DNA of 64,000 nucleotides, taken from positions 96,001-160,000 of the IMG/VR virus record IMGVR_UViG_3300014208_000023; one strand, written 5' to 3'. Made by a program: the position numbers and the translations under genes. Position 1 is the first letter of the stretch; every line of letters starts with the position of its first letter. This DNA is from a virus. Lineage: Duplodnaviria > Caudoviricetes. The notes beneath the pieces are model-generated. The model was not told where the DNA came from and searched no databases. It saw nothing but the letters and a program-made list of their open reading frames with translations. Below, one piece after another: positions 37,059 through 46,959 of this stretch.

Positions 37059-38164
37059 TTTACTAGCGCTAATACTTTTTTAGCGACCTCAAGCCAATCA
37101 TAGTTTAGCTTAATTGCCGTAGGGCTAAATGATCTGCTATTAACGCTAGCTACCGCTGCCTTTAATTTATTTATTCCATCAGATGGGTCAGGCATAAATG
37201 CTTTTGTTCCAGGCTTACTTTGATAATATAAATAATTTGGAGGAACATTAAACTCTTTGCCTTCAATTAGAAAAGCGTTTGAATGATCTAGAAAATCAGT
37301 AAAGCCGCCGTAGTTAGACGCTACCGGAATTAATCCACAAGCCATTCCTTCTAGCGGAACCATTCCGAATCCCTCGCAATGGCTAGGTGAAAACGTTATA
37401 TCACAAGCTTTATATAGAGAATATATATTTGGTATAAACTCTTTAACAATTTCTACTTCTGCATGATTAGGAAATTTGCTATTAAAGTTTTGAAATACAT
37501 CTTTAAAAGACAACTCAAATTGTTGAGTAGGCGTCCTATCTTGTATCTTTAATACTAAACAAACATCTGATTCTTTAGTGAAAGCTCTGCCGAACATCTC
37601 CAGCGCACCAGTGAAGTTTTTCCTTCTATGAATCTGGCCAAGGTTAATAAGTATCTTAACCGACTTCTTGGTTTTTAGCTGGTATGGAACGGCCGCATCT
37701 ATTTCCTTGTTATTGATGCCGTGCGGAATGACTACGACCTTATCATCAGGGACTCCACTTTCTAGGAATACCTGGCGAGCAAAATTAGATGGCGCCAGTA
37801 TCTTATCGCAGTATTGGTGCGCCTTGGCAAAACCTACTGGCAATGAGTTTTTACCAGCAAACTCATAGCAGTATATTCCAAATCTATTCTTGGCGCTATG
37901 CTGAAGGTATGGATTGAAATTTTTCATAGCGGTATATGATATTGTCATATCATAATTATTGCCTGGGATATTGCCAAACATAACTTTATTATTATCTCCA
38001 TAACATACTAGATTTTTTTCTAGGTCTTGTGGAAAATACTTGTTACCATTAGTAGAAAAAATATCTACTGAATGATTCAGATCTATTAGGCTACGACATA
38101 TGTTTTGAGCAACAATTGCCCAAGAATGATTTTGGGCAGCAAATCCTTGATAGCAAATACGCAT
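37055..38164 (-). CDS. Glycosyltransferase family 4 (GT-B)
   Basis: IPHG, RKN, ACD...SPSHCEGFGMVPLEGMACG. Confidence 0.9.
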   Translation of the reverse strand: MRICYQGFAAQNHSWAIVAQNICRSLIDLNHSVDIFSTNGNKYFPQDLEKNLVCYGDNNKVMFGNIPGNNYDMTISYTAMKNFNPYLQHSAKNRFGIYCYEFAGKNSLPVGFAKAHQYCDKILAPSNFARQVFLESGVPDDKVVVIPHGINNKEIDAAVPYQLKTKKSVKILINLGQIHRRKNFTGALEMFGRAFTKESDVCLVLKIQDRTPTQQFELSFKDVFQNFNSKFPNHAEVEIVKEFIPNIYSLYKACDITFSPSHCEGFGMVPLEGMACGLIPVASNYGGFTDFLDHSNAFLIEGKEFNVPPNYLYYQSKPGTKAFMPDPSDGINKLKAAVASVNSRSFSPTAIKLNYDWLEVAKKVLALVK

Positions 38165-38184
38165 ACTTGCTATATAGCTAGCCT

Positions 38185-41100
38185 TTATAGGCCTAGAAGA
38201 TTTATTGTCTTATTATCATCAATTACTATTGGTGCATTATTCCATCCAGCTTTTTTAAGATAGACGGTAATTTGCACCTTCGTATTTTGAGTTTGCTCAA
38301 CGGCATCTTGATATAGATTGCTGAACTTAAGCGAAAGAAGGCCAGTGTTATAATTTACGCTAACACCAATTCTATTATCAACTATAACTCCAGTATATCC
38401 GTCAGTAGTTATGCCATTCAATTGTGGGGAGAATGATAGAACTCCAACAGACACTCTAATCTGATTATTTGTAAAGCCAGATAGCGATACTAAACTATTA
38501 TCAGCAAATCTCATGGCTTTATAGCCTATTCTTGTATAGCCAGTTCCAGCATAATCCGCAATAAAGTCAGTTAATAGATTAACTACTTTCTCACTACCGA
38601 AAATCTCAACTGCTGGTATCTCGAAAGATACTGTTCCCATTTCAAAATCAACCTTGAAATATCCACCAGTAGGCGTAGTTATCTGGCCTCCAACATTCAT
38701 TACCAAATTACTTGGTATGAACATATCATTGCGACCAGGATCGAATGCTGGTGTTTCTGGGAAAGTTTGAGTAACGTTTAGATTTGTTGTGCTTGGATTT
38801 ACCAAATATCCAGTAGCAGTATTGAATGCTGCTGGAACCATTTTTGGATTAGAATTAACGACTATGTTATGCTCTTTCCAGCTTAACTGCTTAATGATAC
38901 TGAAGTTAATTGGAGTAACCTTAATATTTTGACCGGACCAGCTGGCATAACCATCAATAAATACATCTGGTTTGGCGTGTAGCGTAGTTGATCGATTAGC
39001 ATCTACTCCAGGATAGTCGTCGGCCCTATCAACATATTTTTCAACCGTTAATTTTACAGCAGTAAATGTCGTACCAATCTTATTAGCAGGACTTGTTGTT
39101 GCTGGGAATGGAGGTAACAAATTAATATAGTTAGTTATGTATGTTACATCGGTGCTAGAGACGGTCATATCTCCATCGATATCTGCCCTTAATACTTTTA
39201 AGAATAAATCAGAAGTATATTCGAGTTTAACTATAGTTACGTTTGTATTACTAAGTAAATTAGTTATTCTAAATGAGCTATTGTTATATAAGCTAGTTGT
39301 TGAATTGAGTATATTGACTTTATGTGTGTCTAGGTTTATAACGCTAGAAAAGTTTGCCGATATACTAGAGAAACTAGCGGATGTTCCATTAGCAACAAGA
39401 ACTCCATCAATTCCGCTTTGAACAACTACACTATTGACATCTAGTAATTGCCATGACAAAGCCGAATCAGTTACGAAATCAGTAGTATGAACTAGATATT
39501 CAGATGTAGTTGGAAGGGTATTTAGTTGTGTTCCAAGTAACTCCTGTGACGCTAGAAGATCATCGGTATCAATTATTCCATCACCGTTTATGTCTCCATA
39601 CATAAGCGTATGAAGCTCAGCCTTTACTATTCTGTAGTATATAGATGGCGTAAGCGTGTTAGGTATTATTTTTGCCTGATTTAATTTGCCCGAATCAAGA
39701 TCTGCTAATAGCGTAATTAGATTTTGGTCGTATCTATAACCATCAGAATAGCCATCTATAATTTTAAATACTATTTCATTTCCAACCATTCCATAATGAT
39801 GGAATGCCGCGTTAGAAATTTGACCAGCAATAGAAGATGATTTAATATTCTGATCAGTAATTGTTCCAAGAAGTAATGGTTCAGACACTGCCTTAATGGA
39901 GTCAAGCGCAATAGTGTTTAGTAAAGATAATTCTGGTGTAAATTGTTTTTGAGAATTAATTGGATTGCCAGTTCTCTCATTTTGAATTGGCGCACTTTCA
40001 GTTATTGCGGCCTTCATTACAGCATAGTATAAATCATTTCTCAAGAAAGAGTTATTGCTAAAGCTATAATCAATTGTAGTTCCGGTATTGCTATCAATAG
40101 TTGTTTTTGGTATTTGTATTCCACTACCATTATCATAGGCTTGGCCATCAGAAACTTTTGCAATATCGGAATATGTTCTAAACCATAGAGCCTCTTCAGG
40201 CACATCTACCCATACACTACCATTAAATAGCGTTTCACGAGTATTTGTTTCAGCATTACTTCCTACCGCAACTTGCATTTCACATGTGTCGGCAGATCCG
40301 GCTCGTTTAACGGTTATTACGTAATAATGTCCAGATGTGATTAGTGATCCAGAACCGACTGGCGTATTACTAAAGATAAAATCAACTGGCTGAGGAACGG
40401 TATTTAATTGAATGCCGTTAGCAAGCATTGAGTTATAGTCAAGACTTATCTGCGCCAGTGGAATATTGGTTGGATCAAAATCAATGGCTAAATTAGGAAC
40501 AATATCAGTTGATGACTGAACTGTTGATTGTAATGCATAGATACTAACTATAAGATCTCCGGTCCAAACTAAATTAGATGGAACTGAATTATTTATCGTA
40601 GATAATAGTAAGCTTACTTTTTGAATATTGTTTGATGTAGATAGAAATTTCTGGCCAATCTGCGAGCTGACATCATTTTCAGCTATTCCTCGTAATTGCT
40701 TGTATCCGGTCTTAATGTTTAGAGCATCTATGTTATAGCTTGGTAGGGCCGTAGATAATAAATTAAATAGAGTTCCACCAGTGGCAACGAAAAAATCTCT
40801 GAACACTAGATTAGGCTCAATATCCTGAGAAATCATAATTGGGTCTCTAGAAAGAGACATGGGCATGGCCTCGCGGATAACTATTCTTCCGCCTAAATTA
40901 AATGATTGTAAGGATCCGCCAACAAAGTCATTGAGAAATATTGCTAAAATATTGCGATAGTGTTTTTTTGATATTTGCTTTTCATTTTTGGCAAAAACGA
41001 ATGTATCGTATTGTAGATTATTTTCAAAATCTAGGCCTATTACGATTATCTTAACTGTTTTATTGCCGGCGGCCAACGATCCCGTAAGTTCAATCTCTAA

Positions 41101-41355
41101 TTGATTTCCATTATTGCTATCCGAAGGCTGCGCTTGGGCGACTATAACTTTACCATCTAAAAGGTCACCAGATAGGCTTGTGTCAAATAAAACACCCTGA
41201 ACTAGATTTTCTGGAAGAACACCAGAACCTAAATGATTGCTTATAAAAGCAGAGTGCTGCTGCTCGTTATGGTTTTGCTCGACTGTGAGATTGGTATCAT
41301 CCACACTCTGTGCATCTGACCAAATATTCTGGGGTGTTGAAATGGGTATTCTCAT
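38185..41355 (-). CDS. Large virion structural protein with dockerin-like EF-hand repeats
   Basis: 1056 aa, Ser/Thr/Asn-rich; GDINGDGIIDTDDL and ADIDGDMTVSSTDV; last structural gene of the baseplate operon. Confidence 0.7.
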   Translation of the reverse strand: MRIPISTPQNIWSDAQSVDDTNLTVEQNHNEQQHSAFISNHLGSGVLPENLVQGVLFDTSLSGDLLDGKVIVAQAQPSDSNNGNQLEIELTGSLAAGNKTVKIIVIGLDFENNLQYDTFVFAKNEKQISKKHYRNILAIFLNDFVGGSLQSFNLGGRIVIREAMPMSLSRDPIMISQDIEPNLVFRDFFVATGGTLFNLLSTALPSYNIDALNIKTGYKQLRGIAENDVSSQIGQKFLSTSNNIQKVSLLLSTINNSVPSNLVWTGDLIVSIYALQSTVQSSTDIVPNLAIDFDPTNIPLAQISLDYNSMLANGIQLNTVPQPVDFIFSNTPVGSGSLITSGHYYVITVKRAGSADTCEMQVAVGSNAETNTRETLFNGSVWVDVPEEALWFRTYSDIAKVSDGQAYDNGSGIQIPKTTIDSNTGTTIDYSFSNNSFLRNDLYYAVMKAAITESAPIQNERTGNPINSQKQFTPELSLLNTIALDSIKAVSEPLLLGTITDQNIKSSSIAGQISNAAFHHYGMVGNEIVFKIIDGYSDGYRYDQNLITLLADLDSGKLNQAKIIPNTLTPSIYYRIVKAELHTLMYGDINGDGIIDTDDLLASQELLGTQLNTLPTTSEYLVHTTDFVTDSALSWQLLDVNSVVVQSGIDGVLVANGTSASFSSISANFSSVINLDTHKVNILNSTTSLYNNSSFRITNLLSNTNVTIVKLEYTSDLFLKVLRADIDGDMTVSSTDVTYITNYINLLPPFPATTSPANKIGTTFTAVKLTVEKYVDRADDYPGVDANRSTTLHAKPDVFIDGYASWSGQNIKVTPINFSIIKQLSWKEHNIVVNSNPKMVPAAFNTATGYLVNPSTTNLNVTQTFPETPAFDPGRNDMFIPSNLVMNVGGQITTPTGGYFKVDFEMGTVSFEIPAVEIFGSEKVVNLLTDFIADYAGTGYTRIGYKAMRFADNSLVSLSGFTNNQIRVSVGVLSFSPQLNGITTDGYTGVIVDNRIGVSVNYNTGLLSLKFSNLYQDAVEQTQNTKVQITVYLKKAGWNNAPIVIDDNKTINLLGL

Positions 41356-41360
41356 ATGTC

Positions 41361-44300
41361 CTAGCGGTAGTTAATAAATACTCTGGAGTTTGCTGGCTTG
41401 AGAGTAGAAATTAAGTCTTCCATTACAGTTTTTGCTTTACTATTCTCTCTTAATATACCAAAACTATCAAAGACATTTATAGTAATATCGAATAAACCAG
41501 TCTTCTTATTTTTAATTACGGCAAAATCTGTTGTTATTTCTGATAACTTATTGAAATCTAACAATAAAGTAGTGTATAAATCTTCAGTTGCTGGAAACAC
41601 TACATCTATATTTGTGCTATACCCTGGGTCAATAGGCTCTCCAAAAGGCTTAAATACTGGCCTAGCAACATTACTTATGCGAAGATTATCAATCAATGCC
41701 ATGGCGCCAAGAGTTTGTGTATAATCAGATCCTATTGTAAATTCATTAATGGTATCAGCAAATGACATGGCTGACTGTATAGAGTTATGGCCTACATACG
41801 AAGAACCGAATACCATATTTTCACCAAATAATAGTCCAGATCCAAAAAGAACGTTACCTTGCTCATATCCATCTATAAAGAACCTGATCTCATCAGTTCC
41901 TAGGCCTTGATTTATGATATATTGAGCCCTAAGCTTATGCCATGTATTTTTAGCCCAAAATATAGGAGCGCGAACTTGATGGCTTATTCCAGCACCATCA
42001 ATAGTGAAATTGATGTATCCATAAGGATCTTTATATATAGACATTCTATCGCCAGATAGACCAGTAGGAATATAGATCACTACTATAGATGTTTTTTGAT
42101 TTGGTAACTTCTTATTAAGAAGAAGCGTTTGTGCGTCAGAACTAATGCTTCCACCTGCAAAATAATCCGTATCTTGAGCTCCATTAGCAAGCTTTATGCC
42201 CAATACACTAGATGCTCTTCCAGCTATAGTTACCGTTGCGTTATTTGTGCTTACAATTCGCTCGGTCACGATTCCTGTAGCGTCAAAATAGAATCTATAA
42301 TTGGGATCATTTCCAGTATCATTTAATGGATTTACCCATAACTCTATGGTTCCCTCTGTTTTTGTATTTAAGATGCCAGTATTATCTATAAGTAATGGGC
42401 GATCAGTAAATGATATGCTTTTATTAAAATTACTATTTACACAAGACGCCGACTGTATAAATCCTTTTGTTGCGGTCAGATACACATCCGTATTGTTTGT
42501 TAGCGTAGTCGTATCAAAATCTAATAACATAAGTGTATTTGAATTTGGTTTAATTGCTTTCAAAGAATTGTAGTGTTTGGTTACGCCATCAGCATTAGAG
42601 GCTAGAGTTTCTCCGATTCTTGTGTCAGACAATTTAGTGTCTAAAACAACGAAATCATCTATTATTGCTTTTGACTGATGACTACCATCAAGATCAGATC
42701 CAATAAATCCTCGAAGATTTCCAGTTTCTATTGGTATAGATAGCCCGGTATGATAATCAAGCTCGTAAAGGCCTTGTTTTAATAAATATGGAATACCAGG
42801 AAATAATGACTGTTCAAAAGTAAATTTTCCATTTTGTAATCCGCTACGCGCTTCGCTTACATTAAGTATTTCATAGTTGCCGTCAGTAAATGTTCCTGCC
42901 AAATCACTAGATATAGTGATTGATGTTAGGTCATCTGATACTGCACTTATTAAGTATTGGCCAGCAACTGGAGCTGGAGAATATATTATTAAATAATTTC
43001 CAATATTCTCTTTAGAGAATTGATTAGTTAAGTCTTGGACTGTATTAGCCCCAGATGTTCCTGCCAAAGTATTTCCAACTAGCATCTGATAGCTGTATCT
43101 AATTACTGGAACCAATAAGCTATTCTCTTGCGTAGTTATAGTTTCTTTTTCAGAAATCTTAACAGTGCAACATCCTCTGGCAGTATTGACTGGCTTACAT
43201 GTTACAACTATATAATCAGTTAAAGATACTTTGCCAGCAGTATATTTGGTTCCGTTCTCCGAGAACGTTAAGGTCTCCGTAGCAGCAGCCACGCCATTAA
43301 TTGTTCCAACGATATCTACTGATACGCTGCTTGAATAATCGATATTGTCACCACTTATTGTTACGGAAAGAGTTCTTCCATTATCACTGAGAGATGGTTG
43401 ATCAGTCAATATATTATTTGAGGTAAATACGCCTAAAGATAGGGTTGAGTTGGTTGGGCCAACAACCGTGGTATCTAAAAGAGTATGGTATATTTTCACA
43501 TCTTCCAAGGTTATTGGAGATGGAAGCCTGGTATTTAATATATTTGAAGTATTACCCCAAAGATAGTATTTATTTTTGACTCTACCATGATTAAGGCCTA
43601 GAGTTCTAATTAAGGCGATATCATTTTTTGTAGCGCCGGCCTTAATGGTAAGAACATTACCATAATAACCGTCTCTAGTTATTTCATAAGACGGAAATAG
43701 AGCACGTTGCCCAGGTAGTTCGGTCTCATCGGTAGAATAGATATAAAAAGATGTTCCAGATGTTGTTAGAGGCATAACATCTGATAGTGTAAGCGTATTG
43801 CCAGATACACCAGCGACAATATAATACGATGCGAATCCAACTTGATTTATTTTAATCAAATCCCCAACGACAACGCCTGCCGTTTGAAAGTTATGGCCAA
43901 CAGAAGAAACCACATTACTTAATGCGGTTGTGACCAAATCAATATCCTCTATTGTAGTATGGATTACTGAAACGGCTATATTTTTAAATAAATTAATTTG
44001 CGTAGTAACGGAGAATGAAGTTTTATTTATAGAAAATTTGCAATTAGTTGCAGACACTGGCATTGCAGATGCCAGCGTTAATGTATTGCCATTAACATTA
44101 GTTATTGAGTATCCAGAAGTATTAAAATCAACCTCATCTATATAGATTGTGTCGCCTATATTAATTCCTAGATCAGTAAAATTTAGAGAAGATGTCACGG
44201 TAAAAATACCGGCACTAGTAACCAAATCTGTTGATCCAACTATGCTTTTTAATATTTGGCCTATAATATCTTCAGTTGAAATTGTTCTAAATTTTTGATG

Positions 44301-44546
44301 AAGCAATTCAGATACTTGCCCACCATATTTAATTACATTAGGAACCTCAACTCCATCTATAAATAGGTGCATCTCATCTTGCTTGGTCAATGAGTTTAAG
44401 ACCCAGCTCGTGGCTACGTGATGCTGTTGCCCAGCCTTCCAAGATGATACGTCTGCGCTTACAACATAAATGTTGCCCTTATTATCGGTTATTTTATAGT
44501 TCAAATAGCCGGAAGCGTCTCTAAATAAAGAAAATCTATTTTTCAT
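41361..44546 (-). CDS. LamG/ConA-like virion protein, probable C-terminal half of a split gene
   Basis: Starts mid-domain (KNRFSLFRDASGYLNY...WKAG..HH...DEMHLFIDG) and contains a complete second LamG-type repeat. Confidence 0.75.
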   Translation of the reverse strand: MKNRFSLFRDASGYLNYKITDNKGNIYVVSADVSSWKAGQQHHVATSWVLNSLTKQDEMHLFIDGVEVPNVIKYGGQVSELLHQKFRTISTEDIIGQILKSIVGSTDLVTSAGIFTVTSSLNFTDLGINIGDTIYIDEVDFNTSGYSITNVNGNTLTLASAMPVSATNCKFSINKTSFSVTTQINLFKNIAVSVIHTTIEDIDLVTTALSNVVSSVGHNFQTAGVVVGDLIKINQVGFASYYIVAGVSGNTLTLSDVMPLTTSGTSFYIYSTDETELPGQRALFPSYEITRDGYYGNVLTIKAGATKNDIALIRTLGLNHGRVKNKYYLWGNTSNILNTRLPSPITLEDVKIYHTLLDTTVVGPTNSTLSLGVFTSNNILTDQPSLSDNGRTLSVTISGDNIDYSSSVSVDIVGTINGVAAATETLTFSENGTKYTAGKVSLTDYIVVTCKPVNTARGCCTVKISEKETITTQENSLLVPVIRYSYQMLVGNTLAGTSGANTVQDLTNQFSKENIGNYLIIYSPAPVAGQYLISAVSDDLTSITISSDLAGTFTDGNYEILNVSEARSGLQNGKFTFEQSLFPGIPYLLKQGLYELDYHTGLSIPIETGNLRGFIGSDLDGSHQSKAIIDDFVVLDTKLSDTRIGETLASNADGVTKHYNSLKAIKPNSNTLMLLDFDTTTLTNNTDVYLTATKGFIQSASCVNSNFNKSISFTDRPLLIDNTGILNTKTEGTIELWVNPLNDTGNDPNYRFYFDATGIVTERIVSTNNATVTIAGRASSVLGIKLANGAQDTDYFAGGSISSDAQTLLLNKKLPNQKTSIVVIYIPTGLSGDRMSIYKDPYGYINFTIDGAGISHQVRAPIFWAKNTWHKLRAQYIINQGLGTDEIRFFIDGYEQGNVLFGSGLLFGENMVFGSSYVGHNSIQSAMSFADTINEFTIGSDYTQTLGAMALIDNLRISNVARPVFKPFGEPIDPGYSTNIDVVFPATEDLYTTLLLDFNKLSEITTDFAVIKNKKTGLFDITINVFDSFGILRENSKAKTVMEDLISTLKPANSRVFINYR

Positions 44547-44586
44547 AATTAATTACAATATAATGCGGGTTTATGTCTAATAGTTA

Positions 44587-46959
44587 TTATTGCTGGAGCG
44601 TGTCGAGCGTCATCTCTCACCTCCACTCATCATGCCGGCGCTATGGTGGTAACCGTGCCGCTCGAACCGCGATACTTGAGCGCTCCAGCCTCAACATATA
44701 GCACCCCGCCCGCCGTCGGGTTCGCCGTCGGGACCGTTCCCGCGTTGTCAATGCCGATGACGCCGCCTCCGCCGCCGAGATCTGCCGCGCCCGCTCCAAT
44801 CTGGAGCCCGTCAGGCGTTACCTGAAATGCGCTCGTCCCGTTGAGCGAGAAAACGTGCTTAGTGAAGGCGTCGTAATTGAGCTGATATGCCTGGATTGCA
44901 CCGAACAGAGAGAGCGAAGTGCCGAACGTCCACGACGATCCGCCACCGTCTGTTGTAAGCAGGGCGCGATCTGTGCCGTCGAAGTTACATACTAGCTGTG
45001 ATCGAGTCACAGCCCCCGTGCCGATGCGGATTGCGCCGGCCGCGGCCACCGTGTCGATACCGAAATCGCCGTGCGCCGTGAGGCCGCCGAGCGGAGAGAA
45101 GCTCTCGAATGCCGCCGCGGCGAAGGATACGGCCCCTGCCGCGACTGTTGCGTCACACACCGAGTCGAGCGTGAACTCCGTGGTGCCGGAGCCGCCCGGT
45201 TGCGCGATGATCTTCTTGGTGCCGGTGACGCCAGCAATAGCGATGTACTGCCCGACGACCATATCCGAATAATCACTTACGGTGATGCTCGCACTACCAC
45301 TCGTCGCCGCGCCCACCGTCGCCCCCCCGTTGAGCGTCCCCATTGTGCCAGACGTGAGGCACCGCTGACCGAGCTCTCCGCCAGAGACGGGTTGAGCTTG
45401 CCACACAACGTCGCCACGTTCGTACGTGAGATCAGCGCCGCTGTACTTCGTCGTTTTCGGTGACGTCTCAGACGTGAAGATGATCGCCGCGTTTGAACTG
45501 TCCGAGCGGCCAAGCATGATACCATTTTCGGCCCAAGGCACCGGCTGCCGCGGGCACGCTTGACTTGTGAGAAACGTCAGTACCCGATCGTAAATGCCGT
45601 TGTTCTGTAGAACGAACGATTTGGTAGTCTCATGATAGTTAAGTGAGTGCCTGTTCTGGACGTTGCTACCTGCGTCGTCGTACGACGCAAACGAGAACGT
45701 CGCCATGTCGGTACCTAGAGCCCCGATAGCGCCCTCAACCTTGCGCGTGCCTCGATCGGCTATGTACCGGAGTGGAGCGTTCGAGGCCGCGCCGTGCGAA
45801 AGTAGGAAAGCTGTCGAGTCTGTCGTGAGCATCCCCGCATTGAAGGTGCCGCCGATGATCGTAGCCTGACCGAGCATATGGTTCAGCGGACCTTCCTCAC
45901 AGTAGCAGCCAATGAAGTTGGATCGGTTGGAGTCCTGCGCCGTGCGGTAGTTGCTGATTGCGTTCCCCTGCGCCGTGCACGCTACATACGTGTTGCCAAA
46001 CGACTCATCATAGAATCCGTAGCCGGTGTTGAACGAAGAGTTGATGCCGATGAGAGCGCTCGCGTTCGAGTCGCCGCCGTACATGCGACAGCCATCGCCC
46101 TTGCATTGCCCGATGTTGATGTTCGAGAACACCGACGAGTCAATGTTTCCGGCGGCCGATGTGTCACCGACTAGGCCGTGCCCGCCAAAGCCTTGAATGT
46201 CTACGCTCTCCACGGTGCACTGCACGTGCACCGAAAGCCCGTTGCCCGAGACTGTGCCTGCTGCCATGCAGAATAGGGTCATATTCCGCAACACGGAGTG
46301 GTCCGCGCGTGGGTCGAACGCCGGATCGTGCCAGAGATGCACGCCGTCAACGTCGGCGGGGAACACGAGCATCGTTCCCGGCGACGTGCGGTACGACACG
46401 AGCTCCGGATTCGACTTGCCCGATCCCTCTAAGACGATAGTTTGCCTGACGTCGAGCGGGCCGGAAAGGTAGAAGTGCCCGTTCGCAACGAGCTTCGTGA
46501 CCCGGTTGCTATCGGCTTTCATCGCCGCGAGCGCAGCATTGAAAGCTGCGAGGTTGTCCGTCCCCGTCGTGCCGTTCCAGTCAGCTACCGCACCGTAGTC
46601 CTCGACGTCGTAGTGGCCCGGCATTACGGCCTTGCCTGCACGCAGCTTGGATCCGCGCTTCTTCCAGACCTCTCCGGTGGCAAGCGAGTCGTTAGTCTCG
46701 ACGCGCACGCCCTTGATGCCAACCACGCGGTCAATGTTGATGCCAGTGCTCGATGCTATGTCATCTGCGACTGTCGCTCCTCCGCCGGCCCCACGAACAC
46801 CATCAAGCACAGTTTGTACCGTTTTTTTTGACATATCTAATATCCCATTCTAAATACATAACGAATCACTATTGTCTAATAATAAATTATTATCATCTGC
46901 TAATAATAGTAATCTTGCTAATTCCAAAACATCCGCTTGAGTTAAGGCATTATTTATAT
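44587..46959 (-). mobile_element. Foreign insert (high-GC tailspike cassette) between the two LamG half-genes
   Basis: Abrupt GC rise (sampled lines about 60% vs about 30-40% in flanks); gene stubs at both ends; no transposase or terminal repeat seen. Confidence 0.6.
44630..46834 (-). CDS. Tailspike/tail-fibre with pectate-lyase-like beta-helix (putative depolymerase)
   Basis: VEDYGAVAD...[12 protein letters not shown], parallel beta-helix-type repeats, C-terminal [21 protein letters not shown]. Confidence 0.8.
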   Translation of the reverse strand: MSKKTVQTVLDGVRGAGGGATVADDIASSTGINIDRVVGIKGVRVETNDSLATGEVWKKRGSKLRAGKAVMPGHYDVEDYGAVADWNGTTGTDNLAAFNAALAAMKADSNRVTKLVANGHFYLSGPLDVRQTIVLEGSGKSNPELVSYRTSPGTMLVFPADVDGVHLWHDPAFDPRADHSVLRNMTLFCMAAGTVSGNGLSVHVQCTVESVDIQGFGGHGLVGDTSAAGNIDSSVFSNINIGQCKGDGCRMYGGDSNASALIGINSSFNTGYGFYDESFGNTYVACTAQGNAISNYRTAQDSNRSNFIGCYCEEGPLNHMLGQATIIGGTFNAGMLTTDSTAFLLSHGAASNAPLRYIADRGTRKVEGAIGALGTDMATFSFASYDDAGSNVQNRHSLNYHETTKSFVLQNNGIYDRVLTFLTSQACPRQPVPWAENGIMLGRSDSSNAAIIFTSETSPKTTKYSGADLTYERGDVVWQAQPVSGGELGQRCLTSGTMGTLNGGATVGAATSGSASITVSDYSDMVVGQYIAIAGVTGTKKIIAQPGGSGTTEFTLDSVCDATVAAGAVSFAAAAFESFSPLGGLTAHGDFGIDTVAAAGAIRIGTGAVTRSQLVCNFDGTDRALLTTDGGGSSWTFGTSLSLFGAIQAYQLNYDAFTKHVFSLNGTSAFQVTPDGLQIGAGAADLGGGGGVIGIDNAGTVPTANPTAGGVLYVEAGALKYRGSSGTVTTIAPA

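Noticed and set aside
44547-46959. Group I/II intron or intein explaining the split LamG gene
   Set aside because: Only about 125 and 85 nt flank the tailspike ORF, no P/Q/R/S or domain V elements were recognisable, and there are no intein terminal residues; kept only as an RT-PCR-testable alternative
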